Positions 28,197-38,237 of a stretch of 64,000 nt of DNA are shown one piece after another; position 1 is the stretch's first letter; every line of letters begins with the position of its first letter. The notes below the pieces were generated by a model. It did no database searches. It saw only the letters and a list, made by a program, of their open reading frames with translations, and was not told where the DNA came from. The stretch comes from Vulcanimicrobiota bacterium. Its GTDB lineage: Bacteria; Vulcanimicrobiota; Vulcanimicrobiia; Vulcanimicrobiales; Vulcanimicrobiaceae. The stretch is taken from contig CAVTCS010000003.1 of the NCBI GenBank assembly GCA_963733295.1, forward strand, positions 1,824,001-1,888,000, written 5' to 3'. A program made the position numbers and the translations under genes.

Positions 28197-29504
28197 ATGA
28201 GCCGGATCCTAGCTCTGCTCAAGACGAACACGACGACCTTTCCGTCGGACCTTCTCGACGCGATCACGTCGGCCGGCGGATCGCCGGTGCAGATCTGGAG
28301 TAGCGACTCCGGATTCTACGGAGTTATCGCCGAAGGCGACGCGAGCGTGCAAACCGCGATGAGCGGTCATGCGGCGGTTGCTTGCGCAACGAGCGACTCC
28401 ATTCCGTCGCCGCAATCGCTCGACGTCGATCCCGGCGCGACCGAGTTAGCCGGCGCCTGGAATACGTATCTCAGCAGCGACTATCAGACGGCGGTCACCG
28501 GCTTCTACAACTCCTCGATGAACATCGACGCGATGCTTCCGCCGGGTGGCTGCAACCAAAACTCGGGCGACGACGGCGACGGGGGAAGCGGCCCGCTCGT
28601 TGCGAGCAACGGTCCGACCGGCGCGACGGACGGCGCGGTCGACACGTCGGCCGACGCGTCGGCCGACCCAGCTGGCGGTGCCGCGTCGCTCGGAACTCCG
28701 CTGCGCGGAGGCGCCGCCGGGCTCCCGACGGTCACCGTTGTCCATAAGGAACGCCGCGCGCTCGTCGGCACTGTCGGCGTGGCCATCGGTTTCGTCGGCG
28801 GTCCCACCGGCTCGACCGCGGAGCTGACACCCGACAACAACGGAACGCTCTCGCTCGCAATGATTCACGCGTTCAACGTTTACTACGATCTCGCGCCCGC
28901 GGGTGCGCACCTCGTCTTCGAAGTGAACGTGCGGCGCGCGAACTTGACGCTCGATCCGACCACCGTTCCCGTTCCCGCGAATGCGGCAGCTCCGGCCGCC
29001 GCCGATTGGGAAGCCGCCGAGGCTCCCTGGCGTGACGCCGCGCTCAAGGCGTGGGGACAGGCGGCCGGCATGGCCGGAGTCGACGCCTTCATCTCATCGG
29101 CTTCGTTCAGCACCACACCCGACTACGCGTACGCCGCCCTTCTGACGAACTATCCGGTGGCGTGGGAATCGTACACCTCAGGCGCGCGCAAAGTCGTCTA
29201 CCAGCTGACCGGCGTTCTCAACGACTGGAAGCTCGCCGGCGCGCACTTCGTCTTCGCGCACGAGACCGGCCACACGTCCGGCGCGCCCGACGAGTACGCG
29301 GCGAGCCACTGTTCGCTCACTGACAAGTCCGGCTTCTCGAATTCCGCTAACACGAATTGCGAGAACGGCAACGCAGCGAGCGTCGACTGCTTGATGCGCA
29401 ACAACACCAAGAAGCTCTGTCCCGCAACGCCCGGGCACTTCGGTTGGAACGACTCGAACGGCGACGGGGTTCTCGATCCGTTCGATTCGACGTACTCGAC
29501 CTAA
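28197..29504 (+). CDS. Zinc metalloprotease (HExxHxxGxxDEY, metzincin-like), no signal peptide
   Basis: HETGHTSGAPDEY, CLM Met-turn, C-terminal DSNGDGVLD. GAGG RBS before ATG 28197. Confidence 0.8.
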   Translation: MSRILALLKTNTTTFPSDLLDAITSAGGSPVQIWSSDSGFYGVIAEGDASVQTAMSGHAAVACATSDSIPSPQSLDVDPGATELAGAWNTYLSSDYQTAVTGFYNSSMNIDAMLPPGGCNQNSGDDGDGGSGPLVASNGPTGATDGAVDTSADASADPAGGAASLGTPLRGGAAGLPTVTVVHKERRALVGTVGVAIGFVGGPTGSTAELTPDNNGTLSLAMIHAFNVYYDLAPAGAHLVFEVNVRRANLTLDPTTVPVPANAAAPAAADWEAAEAPWRDAALKAWGQAAGMAGVDAFISSASFSTTPDYAYAALLTNYPVAWESYTSGARKVVYQLTGVLNDWKLAGAHFVFAHETGHTSGAPDEYAASHCSLTDKSGFSNSANTNCENGNAASVDCLMRNNTKKLCPATPGHFGWNDSNGDGVLDPFDSTYST

Positions 29505-29505
29505 G

Positions 29506-30099
29506 CTAAAAATTCGGGGACTGCGGACAAAGCGGCTTCGGAGTTGACGCGGGGTTGGCGCAAAGCCCAACCTCGAAATCCAGGGTAGCATTGGTTTGCC
29601 CCTTGGGCTGACCCTTGGTCATGATATTCACCCAGATTTTATGCTCGGGATTGGTCCAAGACACTACCAAATAGGGTTGGCTCGCTTGCGGTGCAAGGAC
29701 GCCCCAAAACGTATAAGTTTTCGGAATAGCGATCGCGAAATTCTTCTCAACGAAGGTTCGGAATTCGCTTTGTTTCGTAGGATAAGGGCCAATGTTCGCC
29801 CGGAAATACGCTGATTTCGTTTCGCCGACCGGCGCTAGCAGAATTCCCGATTCGGACACGCAAACGCAGTGCGCTGACCATGACGCCTTGGGGTAGAGGC
29901 TTAGACCAAACCCCGGCGCACGACGCGTTGTATCGATTATTTCACTGAAGCCGGAGGGTGCGTCAGCAATGGCCGTTGCCAACATCTCTTGCAGACAGTG
30001 GATATCTGCGGAATCCGCGCTCACAGGAAAAGTGCACGCGGAAACCAGGGAAGCAGCCAGCGAGACAGCGCGCAGGAGGAGCAGCACGCGTGTCGTCAT
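29506..30099 (-). CDS. Secreted hypothetical protein
   Basis: Signal peptide. AT-richer sequence. Confidence 0.6.
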   Translation of the reverse strand: MTTRVLLLLRAVSLAASLVSACTFPVSADSADIHCLQEMLATAIADAPSGFSEIIDTTRRAPGFGLSLYPKASWSAHCVCVSESGILLAPVGETKSAYFRANIGPYPTKQSEFRTFVEKNFAIAIPKTYTFWGVLAPQASQPYLVVSWTNPEHKIWVNIMTKGQPKGQTNATLDFEVGLCANPASTPKPLCPQSPNF

Positions 30100-30125
30100 C
30101 GACTATTCCAACGCCAACATTGCAG

Positions 30126-30632
30126 TCAGGCGGAGAGCTTTGCCGGGCGTTTTGGGGCGCCGCCCAGTCCGGCGAAGAACCAGAGCGCGGTGAAGAGCAC
30201 GACCGACAGATGCGGTCCGCGATAGAAAAGATGCAGCGTGCCCAGGTGAGCGGGTTTGACGACGAGCGGCGCCCACTGGCCGCAGGCATGACCACCCGGA
30301 CCCATGATCCACGAAAACAGCGAACCGACGAACGCACCGCTTACGAGAAAGAGAATGAGGCGCAACGCCGAGGTGCGGGCGAGCGCTCGCGGCAGCGCGA
30401 CGGCCGCGACGGCAACCAAGACGACGCCGAATGCCGCGCCGTAAGCGGCGCCATCGATACCGGCTATCGCGGATTGAATCCCGAGCGGCGCGTCGAGCGG
30501 GCAGCAGCGCGTGCAGTCGCCGATCGTGGCGGAAATATAGAACGAAACGCCGGCGACGATGAATCCGGAAATCGCGCCCGTCGCAAATCCAAGCGGAATG
30601 GCCGGAACGACCTTCTTGTTGACCGCCCTCAT
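30126..30632 (-). CDS. Hypothetical membrane protein (about four TM)
   Basis: ATGA overlap with the upstream gene. Hydrophobic helices. Confidence 0.6.
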   Translation of the reverse strand: MRAVNKKVVPAIPLGFATGAISGFIVAGVSFYISATIGDCTRCCPLDAPLGIQSAIAGIDGAAYGAAFGVVLVAVAAVALPRALARTSALRLILFLVSGAFVGSLFSWIMGPGGHACGQWAPLVVKPAHLGTLHLFYRGPHLSVVLFTALWFFAGLGGAPKRPAKLSA

Positions 30633-30952
30633 GGGTTGACGGTTCGGAACTCTCCCGAGAGCTCCGCCTTCTTTGTCTTCTTGTCGTACACGCAGACGAT
30701 CGTCGCGAGCCCAGGCGCCAGCGTCGCGCCCTTGGGCGCGGGAAGGTGCGCGTAGACGAGCGCAAAGCCGTAGCTCGCCGACCCGAATGCATCGACCACA
30801 ACCACAGCATCGGCGTAGTTCTTCTTCGCTTGAGCCGTACACGCACGTGTGACGTCGGCGCGGAACGCGGCCCAGGCATCGTCCGACGAGGCGCGAGCCG
30901 GCAGTGCGCCAGCGAGGGCGAGCAGCGAGAGCAACGACGAGAGCGTCCGCAT
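30629..30952 (-). CDS. Small secreted protein (SSDDAW...C...C)
   Basis: Signal peptide ending ARA-S, GAGG RBS, Cys pair. Confidence 0.75.
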   Translation of the reverse strand: MRTLSSLLSLLALAGALPARASSDDAWAAFRADVTRACTAQAKKNYADAVVVVDAFGSASYGFALVYAHLPAPKGATLAPGLATIVCVYDKKTKKAELSGEFRTVNP

Positions 30953-31368
30953 TAAAAGAACCTCGACGGCCGGTTCTGAGCGATTCGCCCAACGAGTTTC
31001 GGCGCATTTTCGCAGGCCCGGGTAGGCCTGCCCTTGGCGGAGAAGAACTTGGCGCTGTCTCGGAAAGAGGGGCTCCCCATGCGAAGGCTTTCGTGGCTCG
31101 CGAATTTAGCTTTCGCGATCTTTGCAATTTGCGTTGCAAGCTGTAGCTCCAATTCGAGTCCGACGTCTACTCCGGGGAGCTTCTCGAAAGTGCCCCGCCC
31201 GCGTAGTTCACCATAATCAGCGGGTCCAGATTCGATTACCGTTGGCGCAACGGGTCTTGTTCTGCTATGCTGCCGAACATGACGGGAACGCCTATCCTAT
31301 CGGCGGCCTTTTCGTTTGCGCTGCCCCCGCTTCACGTGGGCGCGATAAACCATTTGCACAAAAGGGAG

Positions 31369-31866
31369 ATGTCCTTGAGGAAGAGTTTGATTCTAGCCGC
31401 CTTGGCCGTTGCTCTAGCTACGCCGGTTGGCGCCCAGCCGACAACGGGGATGGGAGCGATGCAGTACTACGTCGGGACCTGGGCCTGTCTTGCCGGTCCG
31501 ATCGGAACTCCGCCCGTCAAAGCGTCGGCAACCTTTGCCGCTGACTCAGGCGTGTTGCGGCAATGGGTTTTCGTGCCGATACAGGGCAAGATGAAGAGGC
31601 CGTATGCCATCGCCTTCGCCATCACATACGACGCGAGTAAGCGTCGCTACGTGCAGACATTCCTCGACAGCAGCTCCGAGTGGGGCGTCTCGGTGGCCAA
31701 ACAATGGAGCGGTAACACGGAGCAGTGGACGGACCTCGCGACCAGCGACGGTAAGCTGGGTCACACGCAAATCGTTCGGTCCGGCAAAGACACCTACGTT
31801 GTCAACGGTTACGACGCGATGAGTACGAAGCCCAACTTCAAGGCGACCTGCAAGCGGTCGCCTTAG
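31369..31866 (+). CDS. Secreted beta-barrel-like hypothetical protein (DUF1579-like)
   Basis: GGGAG RBS, signal peptide, YYVGTWAC motif. Confidence 0.7.
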   Translation: MSLRKSLILAALAVALATPVGAQPTTGMGAMQYYVGTWACLAGPIGTPPVKASATFAADSGVLRQWVFVPIQGKMKRPYAIAFAITYDASKRRYVQTFLDSSSEWGVSVAKQWSGNTEQWTDLATSDGKLGHTQIVRSGKDTYVVNGYDAMSTKPNFKATCKRSP

Positions 31867-31879
31867 ACGGCGCGCGAGT

Positions 31880-33037
31880 TCAGTATCCTCGGGGCCAGGG
31901 AGCGGCGATCGTGAAATAGCCTCCATACGTCGGAGCTGCACCCGAGAGATTGTTTCGGCGTTCGAGGATGACCCTGGAGTGCCGCGCGACCATTATGCCG
32001 ACGTATTCGATCAGATCCCGAGTGAGCGTCGGATTCGCTGCTGCGTCGTAGCGAACCGCGGCGTAGAAGTGCGGCGTGATGAAGTATTTGAGCCGCACGT
32101 AGCCGCCGCTCGAGTTGACGGGGGCGCCGGGACCGTTCGCGTCGTTGTCGCGCCCGAACCACTGCTGAGCCTCAAACTCCAGCTTGTCGCCGCGGAGGAA
32201 CGCCGTTTGGAAGCCGAAGCCTTCGCGCGTGTAGGGGTCATCGAACGGTGCTAGCCCGGGTAAGTGAATCCCCCGTTGGCCTTCGAAAACCTCAGCGTTG
32301 AGCGTCACATGGTTGTTGAGGATCGGGCCCTGCGCGAACAGTTCGATCTCGGGATGCGCCGCGACCGTTTCGGTTCCGGTGTCGACCGGCTTCCCGCCGT
32401 ACGCCGAACCCTTGAATTCTCCCAGGGCGAAGCTGAACTCCAGCCGCATCGCGCCCACGACGCGTTCGCCTTCGAGCCCGAGCCGCGGCGCGCTCAGCGC
32501 GAGGTCGTTTTGACCGACGGTCGTTCCCATATAGCCGTACTGGGTGATCGAATCGATTCGCTGAGCGAACGACTGCGTCAGTGGCAGCTCGTAGAGACCC
32601 AGACGGTAGATCGTCTGCGTATGCTCGTTGTACGTTGCGAGATAACCGAGGAAGACGTTGGCGGGCGCGCCGTCAGATCCGAGACTGTAGTGAATGTAGG
32701 CGGCGATGTCCCCGATGTTGGCTGCGCCGAGAATCGACGCCGCCGGCGAGAACCGGCGCGTACCGGATGCGGGGTCGTTCTCCCAGTCGAGGTTGTAACG
32801 AATGGCAGCGATCGTCGTTCCGTAGGTTCGCACGCTCTTTGGAAGACGATAGCCGTGGTTGCGAAAGTACGTGCCGAACGCATTGAGCTCGGGCAGAGCC
32901 GTATGACACTGCGTGCAGACGAAGTGATAGCGCTGTGCGAAGATCGGCATCGCATTCAGCGGCGCGCAAAGCGCCGCGAACGCGAGCAAAGCGAGGGCCG
33001 CTGTCTTCACGCTGCGCGCGAACGTTCTATTGAACAA
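31880..33037 (-). CDS. Cyc2-like fused monoheme cytochrome c / outer-membrane porin (copy 1)
   Basis: After the signal peptide: AMPIFAQRY-HFV-CTQCH-TALPELNAFG..F...GY, followed by about 320 aa of amphipathic beta strands. Start may be GTG 33010. Confidence 0.75.
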   Translation of the reverse strand: MFNRTFARSVKTAALALLAFAALCAPLNAMPIFAQRYHFVCTQCHTALPELNAFGTYFRNHGYRLPKSVRTYGTTIAAIRYNLDWENDPASGTRRFSPAASILGAANIGDIAAYIHYSLGSDGAPANVFLGYLATYNEHTQTIYRLGLYELPLTQSFAQRIDSITQYGYMGTTVGQNDLALSAPRLGLEGERVVGAMRLEFSFALGEFKGSAYGGKPVDTGTETVAAHPEIELFAQGPILNNHVTLNAEVFEGQRGIHLPGLAPFDDPYTREGFGFQTAFLRGDKLEFEAQQWFGRDNDANGPGAPVNSSGGYVRLKYFITPHFYAAVRYDAAANPTLTRDLIEYVGIMVARHSRVILERRNNLSGAAPTYGGYFTIAAPWPRGY

Positions 33038-33479
33038 CGATCACCGCTCTCATGGGCGTTCCGTAGTGGAAGAAACAGCCGAACATATACGTCCCCGCTT
33101 TGTCGGCGAGCAAGGTCTGGGACGTCGCGCCCGGCTCGATGATTCCGCTGGAGAATCCGCCCGAAATCGTCGTACCGCTTTGATTCGCGGCGCTGGAATC
33201 GAATGGGTAGGCCGTCGGGAAGGTCGAGCCCACGATGGAACTCGCCGTATGGCGAAAACCGTCGCTGTTCGTAAAGCGCACCGAGGTCCCGACCGCAATG
33301 GTCGTAACGAGTGGCTTGTAGCCTGCGCCGGCACCGGCGGGGGTCGGGCCGCCCGGATCGTTCGTGAGATTCACGTCGATCGTCGTGGCCGGACCCGAGC
33401 CCCCGCCTGTCACCGACGACGCGCCAGGGGTGCAACCGGCGCTAACGACGAGGACGCAGCAAAGCAAGGCTTTGAGCAT
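33027..33479 (-). CDS. Cupredoxin (plastocyanin/azurin-like) lipoprotein
   Basis: Lipobox SAGC. Type 1 Cu ligands His (RHTA) and CFFHYGTPM. Confidence 0.85.
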   Translation of the reverse strand: MLKALLCCVLVVSAGCTPGASSVTGGGSGPATTIDVNLTNDPGGPTPAGAGAGYKPLVTTIAVGTSVRFTNSDGFRHTASSIVGSTFPTAYPFDSSAANQSGTTISGGFSSGIIEPGATSQTLLADKAGTYMFGCFFHYGTPMRAVIVVQ

Positions 33480-33608
33480 GTTCGCAGACTAATTGGCCCG
33501 CGTTAGAAAAGTCTGAAGACCGGCGCGGAACTGTGACAGTCCGCACGACTGCCGGGGCCGCGGGACACTGCATCGATCTCGTGAATTAATCGCCTCGGAG
33601 GTCGATGC

Positions 33609-34757
33609 GTGAACCGTCTTGCAACCCTGGTCGTTTTCAGCGGCGTGTGTTCGACATTGTTGGCGTGCAGCGGCGGAGGCGGCACCCCGAGCGGGGGCGG
33701 TCCGACGCCTACGCCAAGGCCGACGTCGACCTCGTCATCGGGTCCGACGAGCACGCCCACGGGTCAGCCTTCGCCGACCTCGCACCCGAGCACGACGCCG
33801 TCCACGACACCGACGCCGTCCACGTCGGCGACGCCACTGCCGCCCGCAACGATTACGGAATATCCGCTCGCTTCGGTGACGGCGGATCCATATCAGATAA
33901 CGGGAGGCCCGGACGGCAATCTCTGGTTCACGTCGTTCTCCGCACACGGGCAAGTCGGCAAGTTCACGCCCTCGGGTGTCGAGACGGAGTATCCTTCGAC
34001 GACCAACGCTTTCGCGCAGCTCTCCGGTATCTCGGCGGGTCCCGCGGGCGACTCGAACCTTTGGTTTGCAACCTTTAGCCCGCCGAGCATCTCGAAGATG
34101 AGTACGAGCGGTGCGGTTACGACCTATTTGATTCCGACGCCGAGTCAGCCGGCGTTCGTCACGAAAGGTCCGGACGGGAACGTGTGGTTCACCGACAGCG
34201 ACGGTTTTGTCGGCAAGATCACGACGAGCGGCACGATCACGCGTTACGCCGTCAAATCGCCGAACGGGGAGACGGCGAACCCTGCCGGGATCGTTGCCGG
34301 CCGGGATGGCAATCTCTGGTTCGCCGACGAGAACGGCGCCATCGGCAAAGAATCGACGGGCGGCGTCGAGCTCGCAACGTACGCCACAGGTTCGCCTGGG
34401 AAAACGGAACCGCAAGGGATCGCGCTCGGACCCGACGGGAACCTGTGGTTCACCGACGCGTATGCAAACGCGATCGGAAAGATCACGACCGGCGGAACGA
34501 TCACCGATTACACGCTAACGCCGCCCCGCGGAATGACCACGAATCAGCCCGCTTCAATCGTGAATGGTCCCGACGGAAACGTCTGGTTTACCGAAGTGAC
34601 AGCCAACCGCATCGGCGTCATCACGCCTTCCGGGACAATCGCCGAATACGCCATCCCGACTCCCGTCAGCGGACCGTTCGGCATCGCGCTCGGGTCCGAT
34701 AACAACCTCTGGTTCACCGAGTTCAACTCGAGTCAGATCGGAAAGGTCGTTCCCTAG
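33609..34757 (+). CDS. Vgb-like (virginiamycin B lyase fold) beta-propeller lipoprotein
   Basis: Lipobox LLAC, Pro/Thr linker, seven GPDGNLWF repeats. Confidence 0.85.
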   Translation: MNRLATLVVFSGVCSTLLACSGGGGTPSGGGPTPTPRPTSTSSSGPTSTPTGQPSPTSHPSTTPSTTPTPSTSATPLPPATITEYPLASVTADPYQITGGPDGNLWFTSFSAHGQVGKFTPSGVETEYPSTTNAFAQLSGISAGPAGDSNLWFATFSPPSISKMSTSGAVTTYLIPTPSQPAFVTKGPDGNVWFTDSDGFVGKITTSGTITRYAVKSPNGETANPAGIVAGRDGNLWFADENGAIGKESTGGVELATYATGSPGKTEPQGIALGPDGNLWFTDAYANAIGKITTGGTITDYTLTPPRGMTTNQPASIVNGPDGNVWFTEVTANRIGVITPSGTIAEYAIPTPVSGPFGIALGSDNNLWFTEFNSSQIGKVVP

Positions 34758-34779
34758 CCCGAGGCTGAAGCGCACTCCG

Positions 34780-35559
34780 ATGGTCTTCGCGGCTGAAGTT
34801 ATCCTCGCCGGGTTTTTGGTCGGTGTGCTGGTCGGAATGACCGGCGTCGGCGGAGGGGCGCTGATGGCTCCCGTTCTTCTCCTGCTGTTCAAGTTGAATC
34901 CGCTGATCGTGGTGGGTACGGACTTGTTCTATAACGCACCGACGAAAATCGTCGGCGCGATCGCGCATGCTCGACAGGGAACCCTCGATCGCCCCGTGGC
35001 GGTCAACCTGGCCTGCGGAGGCATCGCCGGCGTGCTCTTCGCCGTGGCCGGCCTGCAGTATGTGGGGCGCCACGCCGGATTCGATGGGCTCGCGGCGCTC
35101 GCGCGTCACTGGATCGGCTTAGCGATTTGCCTCTCGGCGATCCTGACGGTGCTGCCCATCTTCTGGCGAAACGCGCTCGAAAACCAACCGGAACGCGCAC
35201 CGCATCGCGGCATGCTCGTCGGACTCGGTGCGCTGGTGGGAGCCATCGTAACGGCCACCTCGGTCGGAGCGGGCGCGATAACGATGCCGCTGCTCTGCCT
35301 GATGCTGCGGCGCTCGAAAATCGCGACGCTAGTCGGAAGCGACCTGGCCTTTTCCGCAGTCATATCCGCCGCCGGCGCCGTGTTCTATTTCTCCGCGGGC
35401 CTGATCGCGCTGAAGATCGGCCTGCTTCTACTCGTAGGCTCGACTGCGGGCGTACTCCTCGGAAGCCGGCTAAGCTTCCGCATCGGCGATCTCTATCTCA
35501 GGCCGGTCGTCGGCGCAATGCTCTTCTTCGTCGGCGCCCGCCTTTATCTCACGGCGTAG
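34780..35559 (+). CDS. Sulfite exporter TauE/SafE family permease
   Basis: GMTGVGGGALM..P, VGTDL, SVGAG and VGSDL motifs. Confidence 0.88.
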   Translation: MVFAAEVILAGFLVGVLVGMTGVGGGALMAPVLLLLFKLNPLIVVGTDLFYNAPTKIVGAIAHARQGTLDRPVAVNLACGGIAGVLFAVAGLQYVGRHAGFDGLAALARHWIGLAICLSAILTVLPIFWRNALENQPERAPHRGMLVGLGALVGAIVTATSVGAGAITMPLLCLMLRRSKIATLVGSDLAFSAVISAAGAVFYFSAGLIALKIGLLLLVGSTAGVLLGSRLSFRIGDLYLRPVVGAMLFFVGARLYLTA

Positions 35560-36718
35560 AATCGCCAGCGAGCCGATCGCGGTACGCATCGCGTTCTTCC
35601 GACGGGCGTTTTGCCAAAAGTGCGCCGCGCAAGCGGTTGCCTTCACGATATTCGACGACGAAGGAACCGCTTTGGAGCGTCCCTTGGACGATCTTCGATT
35701 CCGGGGTCGGATCGCCGACGAATTCAAAGCTGAGCTCGAAGACGTCCGACCAAAAGAAGGGGACGTAGCGATAGGGCTGATCGGCGCCGGCCATGTTGGA
35801 ACCGGCAGCCGCGCCGGACGAATAGGCATTGTCGAAGTGCTCGACGCGGATGAGGTGTCCCTCGATGCCGGGGAATCGCGCGACGTCGCCCGCGGCATAG
35901 ATGCCGGATGCCGAGGTGCGCAAACGATCGTCGACCACGATGCCATCGTCGACCCGCAGTCCGGCTGTTTGCGCGAGTGCGGTGTCGGCCGTCACGCCGA
36001 TACCAATGACGACCGCGCCCGCCTCGATCCGTCGACCGTTGCTGAGGTTCACGTACCGCACGCGCTCGTTGCCCTCGATCGAGGTGACCGTCGTGTGGAA
36101 GATTATCGACACGCCGTGCTCATCGAAGAGCGACTTCGCATACCCAGAAACCTCTGCGCCGAAGCGGCTATATAACGTACCCGTTCTCTCCACCACGGTT
36201 ACCTCGCAGCCGCCGCTGCGCAGCGACGCCGCAACCTCCATCCCGATGAAACCGCTGCCGACCAACACGACGCGCTCCGCGCTCGACCGCACGCCGCGCA
36301 GACGTTCCGCATCCAAGTAGGTGCGCAGCGTGTAGACGCCGTCCAGATCGACGCCCGGAATCTCGAGCGCACGCGGAATCGCGCCCGTTGCCAGCAGCAA
36401 ATGCCGGTACGCCACCTCGCCGGCCTTGGTCTCGAGAACCTTGCGCGCCGGATCGATCCGCAGGATCTCTACGCCGGAGTGCAGCTCGACGTTTTTCTCG
36501 AGATACCAAGAGGCTGGAAACATCAAGGCGTCAGCGAGCGGAGCGTGGTTCTGCAGAAACTCTTTGGACAGCGGCGGGCGCTGGTACGGCGGCGCCCACT
36601 CCCGCGTGAAGATCGCAACCGACGCGCTTGGATCGCGCCCGCGTATCGCCTCGGCCGCCGTCGCCGTAGCCGCACCACCGCCGACGATCGCATACTCGAA
36701 CGTGTGCGGCATTCTCAT
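35549..36718 (-). CDS. FAD/NAD(P)-dependent oxidoreductase (ferredoxin reductase-like)
   Basis: PYQRPPLSK, LLLATG, VGSGFIGME, YAAGDVA, RVEH and PFFWSD motifs. Confidence 0.9.
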   Translation of the reverse strand: MRMPHTFEYAIVGGGAATATAAEAIRGRDPSASVAIFTREWAPPYQRPPLSKEFLQNHAPLADALMFPASWYLEKNVELHSGVEILRIDPARKVLETKAGEVAYRHLLLATGAIPRALEIPGVDLDGVYTLRTYLDAERLRGVRSSAERVVLVGSGFIGMEVAASLRSGGCEVTVVERTGTLYSRFGAEVSGYAKSLFDEHGVSIIFHTTVTSIEGNERVRYVNLSNGRRIEAGAVVIGIGVTADTALAQTAGLRVDDGIVVDDRLRTSASGIYAAGDVARFPGIEGHLIRVEHFDNAYSSGAAAGSNMAGADQPYRYVPFFWSDVFELSFEFVGDPTPESKIVQGTLQSGSFVVEYREGNRLRGALLAKRPSEERDAYRDRLAGDSTP

Positions 36719-36736
36719 CTACTCCTTAGGCCGGAA

Positions 36737-37465
36737 CTAGGCGACGTCGGTGAGGCCCATGAGGGTGCCGATGCGCGCTTTGTCCGCGAGGAGCTGCTCG
36801 GCCGGTCCTTCGTACACGACGCGGCCGTCGTCGATAACGTAGGCGCGCTGCGAGACCTTGAGCGCGAGCAACGCGTTTTGCTCGACGAGCAGAATGGAGA
36901 CGCCGCTGTCGCGCAACTCTTCGATCGTCTTGTAGAGCTCGATGACGATGATCGGAGCAAGCCCTTGCGAGGGTTCATCGACCAAGAGCAGATCCGGATT
37001 TCCGACGAGGGCGCGAGCGATCGCGAGCATTTCTTGCTCGCCGCCCGAGAGTTTGCCGGACTTGCGGCCGCGTAACTCGGCGAGTTTTGGGAAGCGTTCG
37101 AGCGCGCGGTCGATCGTCCAACCGCCTGCGACCTGACCGCGTTCGGCAAGTTGCAACGACTCGAGCGTCGTGAGCGCGCCGAACATCTGTCGCCCCTCGG
37201 GCACGTAGCCGATTCCCATTTGGGATACGCGGTGCGTCGGCATCCCACGCGTCTCGGTTCCCTTAAAGCGAATCGAACCGGAACGTGCCTGCGTCAGGCC
37301 GAGGATGCTGCGAAGCGTCGTCGTCTTGCCTGCACCGTTGAGGCCGAGCAGCGCGACGATCTCGCCCGGCGCGACCTTGAGCGAGACCCCCCGCAGGATG
37401 TGGCTCTTGCCGTAGTACGTGTGGACACCCTCGACGTCGAGCAGCGGCATCGCGTTCTCAGACAT
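36737..37465 (-). CDS. livF: Branched-chain amino acid-type ABC ATPase
   Basis: GLNGAGKTT, LSGGEQEM, DEPSQGLAP. Confidence 0.9.
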   Translation of the reverse strand: MSENAMPLLDVEGVHTYYGKSHILRGVSLKVAPGEIVALLGLNGAGKTTTLRSILGLTQARSGSIRFKGTETRGMPTHRVSQMGIGYVPEGRQMFGALTTLESLQLAERGQVAGGWTIDRALERFPKLAELRGRKSGKLSGGEQEMLAIARALVGNPDLLLVDEPSQGLAPIIVIELYKTIEELRDSGVSILLVEQNALLALKVSQRAYVIDDGRVVYEGPAEQLLADKARIGTLMGLTDVA

Positions 37466-38237
37466 TCGCGACTTCCTCCGCGCCGAGATAGGCGTCGCGA
37501 ACTTCCCGATCGCTCAAGACTTCAGCCGGCGTGCCTCGCCGCAACACGCTTCCGCGGTTCATGACCATCACCATTTGCGCGAGAGCCGAGACGAAACGCA
37601 TGTTGTGCTCGACGAATACCACCGTCAACCCGAGGCGCGCGTGCAGGTCGCGCACGACCTCCATCACCCGGCTCGTATCCGCTTGTGCGAGGCCCGCAGT
37701 CGGTTCGTCGAGCAGAATCAGTTCCGGCGAAGCGGAAAGGCACATCGCGATCTCGCACAAACGTTGACTGCCGTGCGAGAGCGCGGCGACCTGCCGGTTC
37801 TTCACGCGCTGCAGATTCACGAACCCGAGCAGCTCGTCGACGCGCTCGTCCACGCGAGCTCGCAGCGATTTGCCGAGAACCCGCGCGCGCCCGGCGAGCG
37901 ACATTTGACTGTGCACGCCGACGAGGACGTTTTCCTCGACCGTGAGCTCCGGGAAGACGCTCGGCGTTTGAAAAGTACGGCTCATTCCAAGACGAACGCG
38001 CGCGTAGTTCGGTATGCGCGTGATCTCCTCACCGCGAAACGAAACGCGCCCCGCGTCCGGATAGAAATATCCGCTGAGCGCGTTGAAGAAGCTCGTCTTT
38101 CCCGCCCCGTTGGGACCGATGATGGCGTAGATCTCGCGCTCGTGAACGGTGATGTCGACGCCTACCACGGCGTGCACGCCGCCGAACGAGAGCGAGACGT
38201 TCTCGGCCGACAGCATCACCGGCGCGGCTTCGCCCAT
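37458..38237 (-). CDS. livG: Branched-chain amino acid-type ABC ATPase
   Basis: GPNGAGKT, RTFQ, LSHG, DEPTAG, AYLG. Confidence 0.9.
   Translation of the reverse strand: MGEAAPVMLSAENVSLSFGGVHAVVGVDITVHEREIYAIIGPNGAGKTSFFNALSGYFYPDAGRVSFRGEEITRIPNYARVRLGMSRTFQTPSVFPELTVEENVLVGVHSQMSLAGRARVLGKSLRARVDERVDELLGFVNLQRVKNRQVAALSHGSQRLCEIAMCLSASPELILLDEPTAGLAQADTSRVMEVVRDLHARLGLTVVFVEHNMRFVSALAQMVMVMNRGSVLRRGTPAEVLSDREVRDAYLGAEEVANV

Noticed and set aside
31079..31216. Short lipoprotein-like ORF MRRLSWLANLAFAIFAICVASCSS
   Set aside because: Only 45 codons with no convincing continuation. I cannot distinguish a remnant from chance.
33609..34757. vgb streptogramin resistance gene
   Set aside because: Only the propeller fold is shared. 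It is a lipoprotein with a Pro/Thr linker, so resistance is unsupported.
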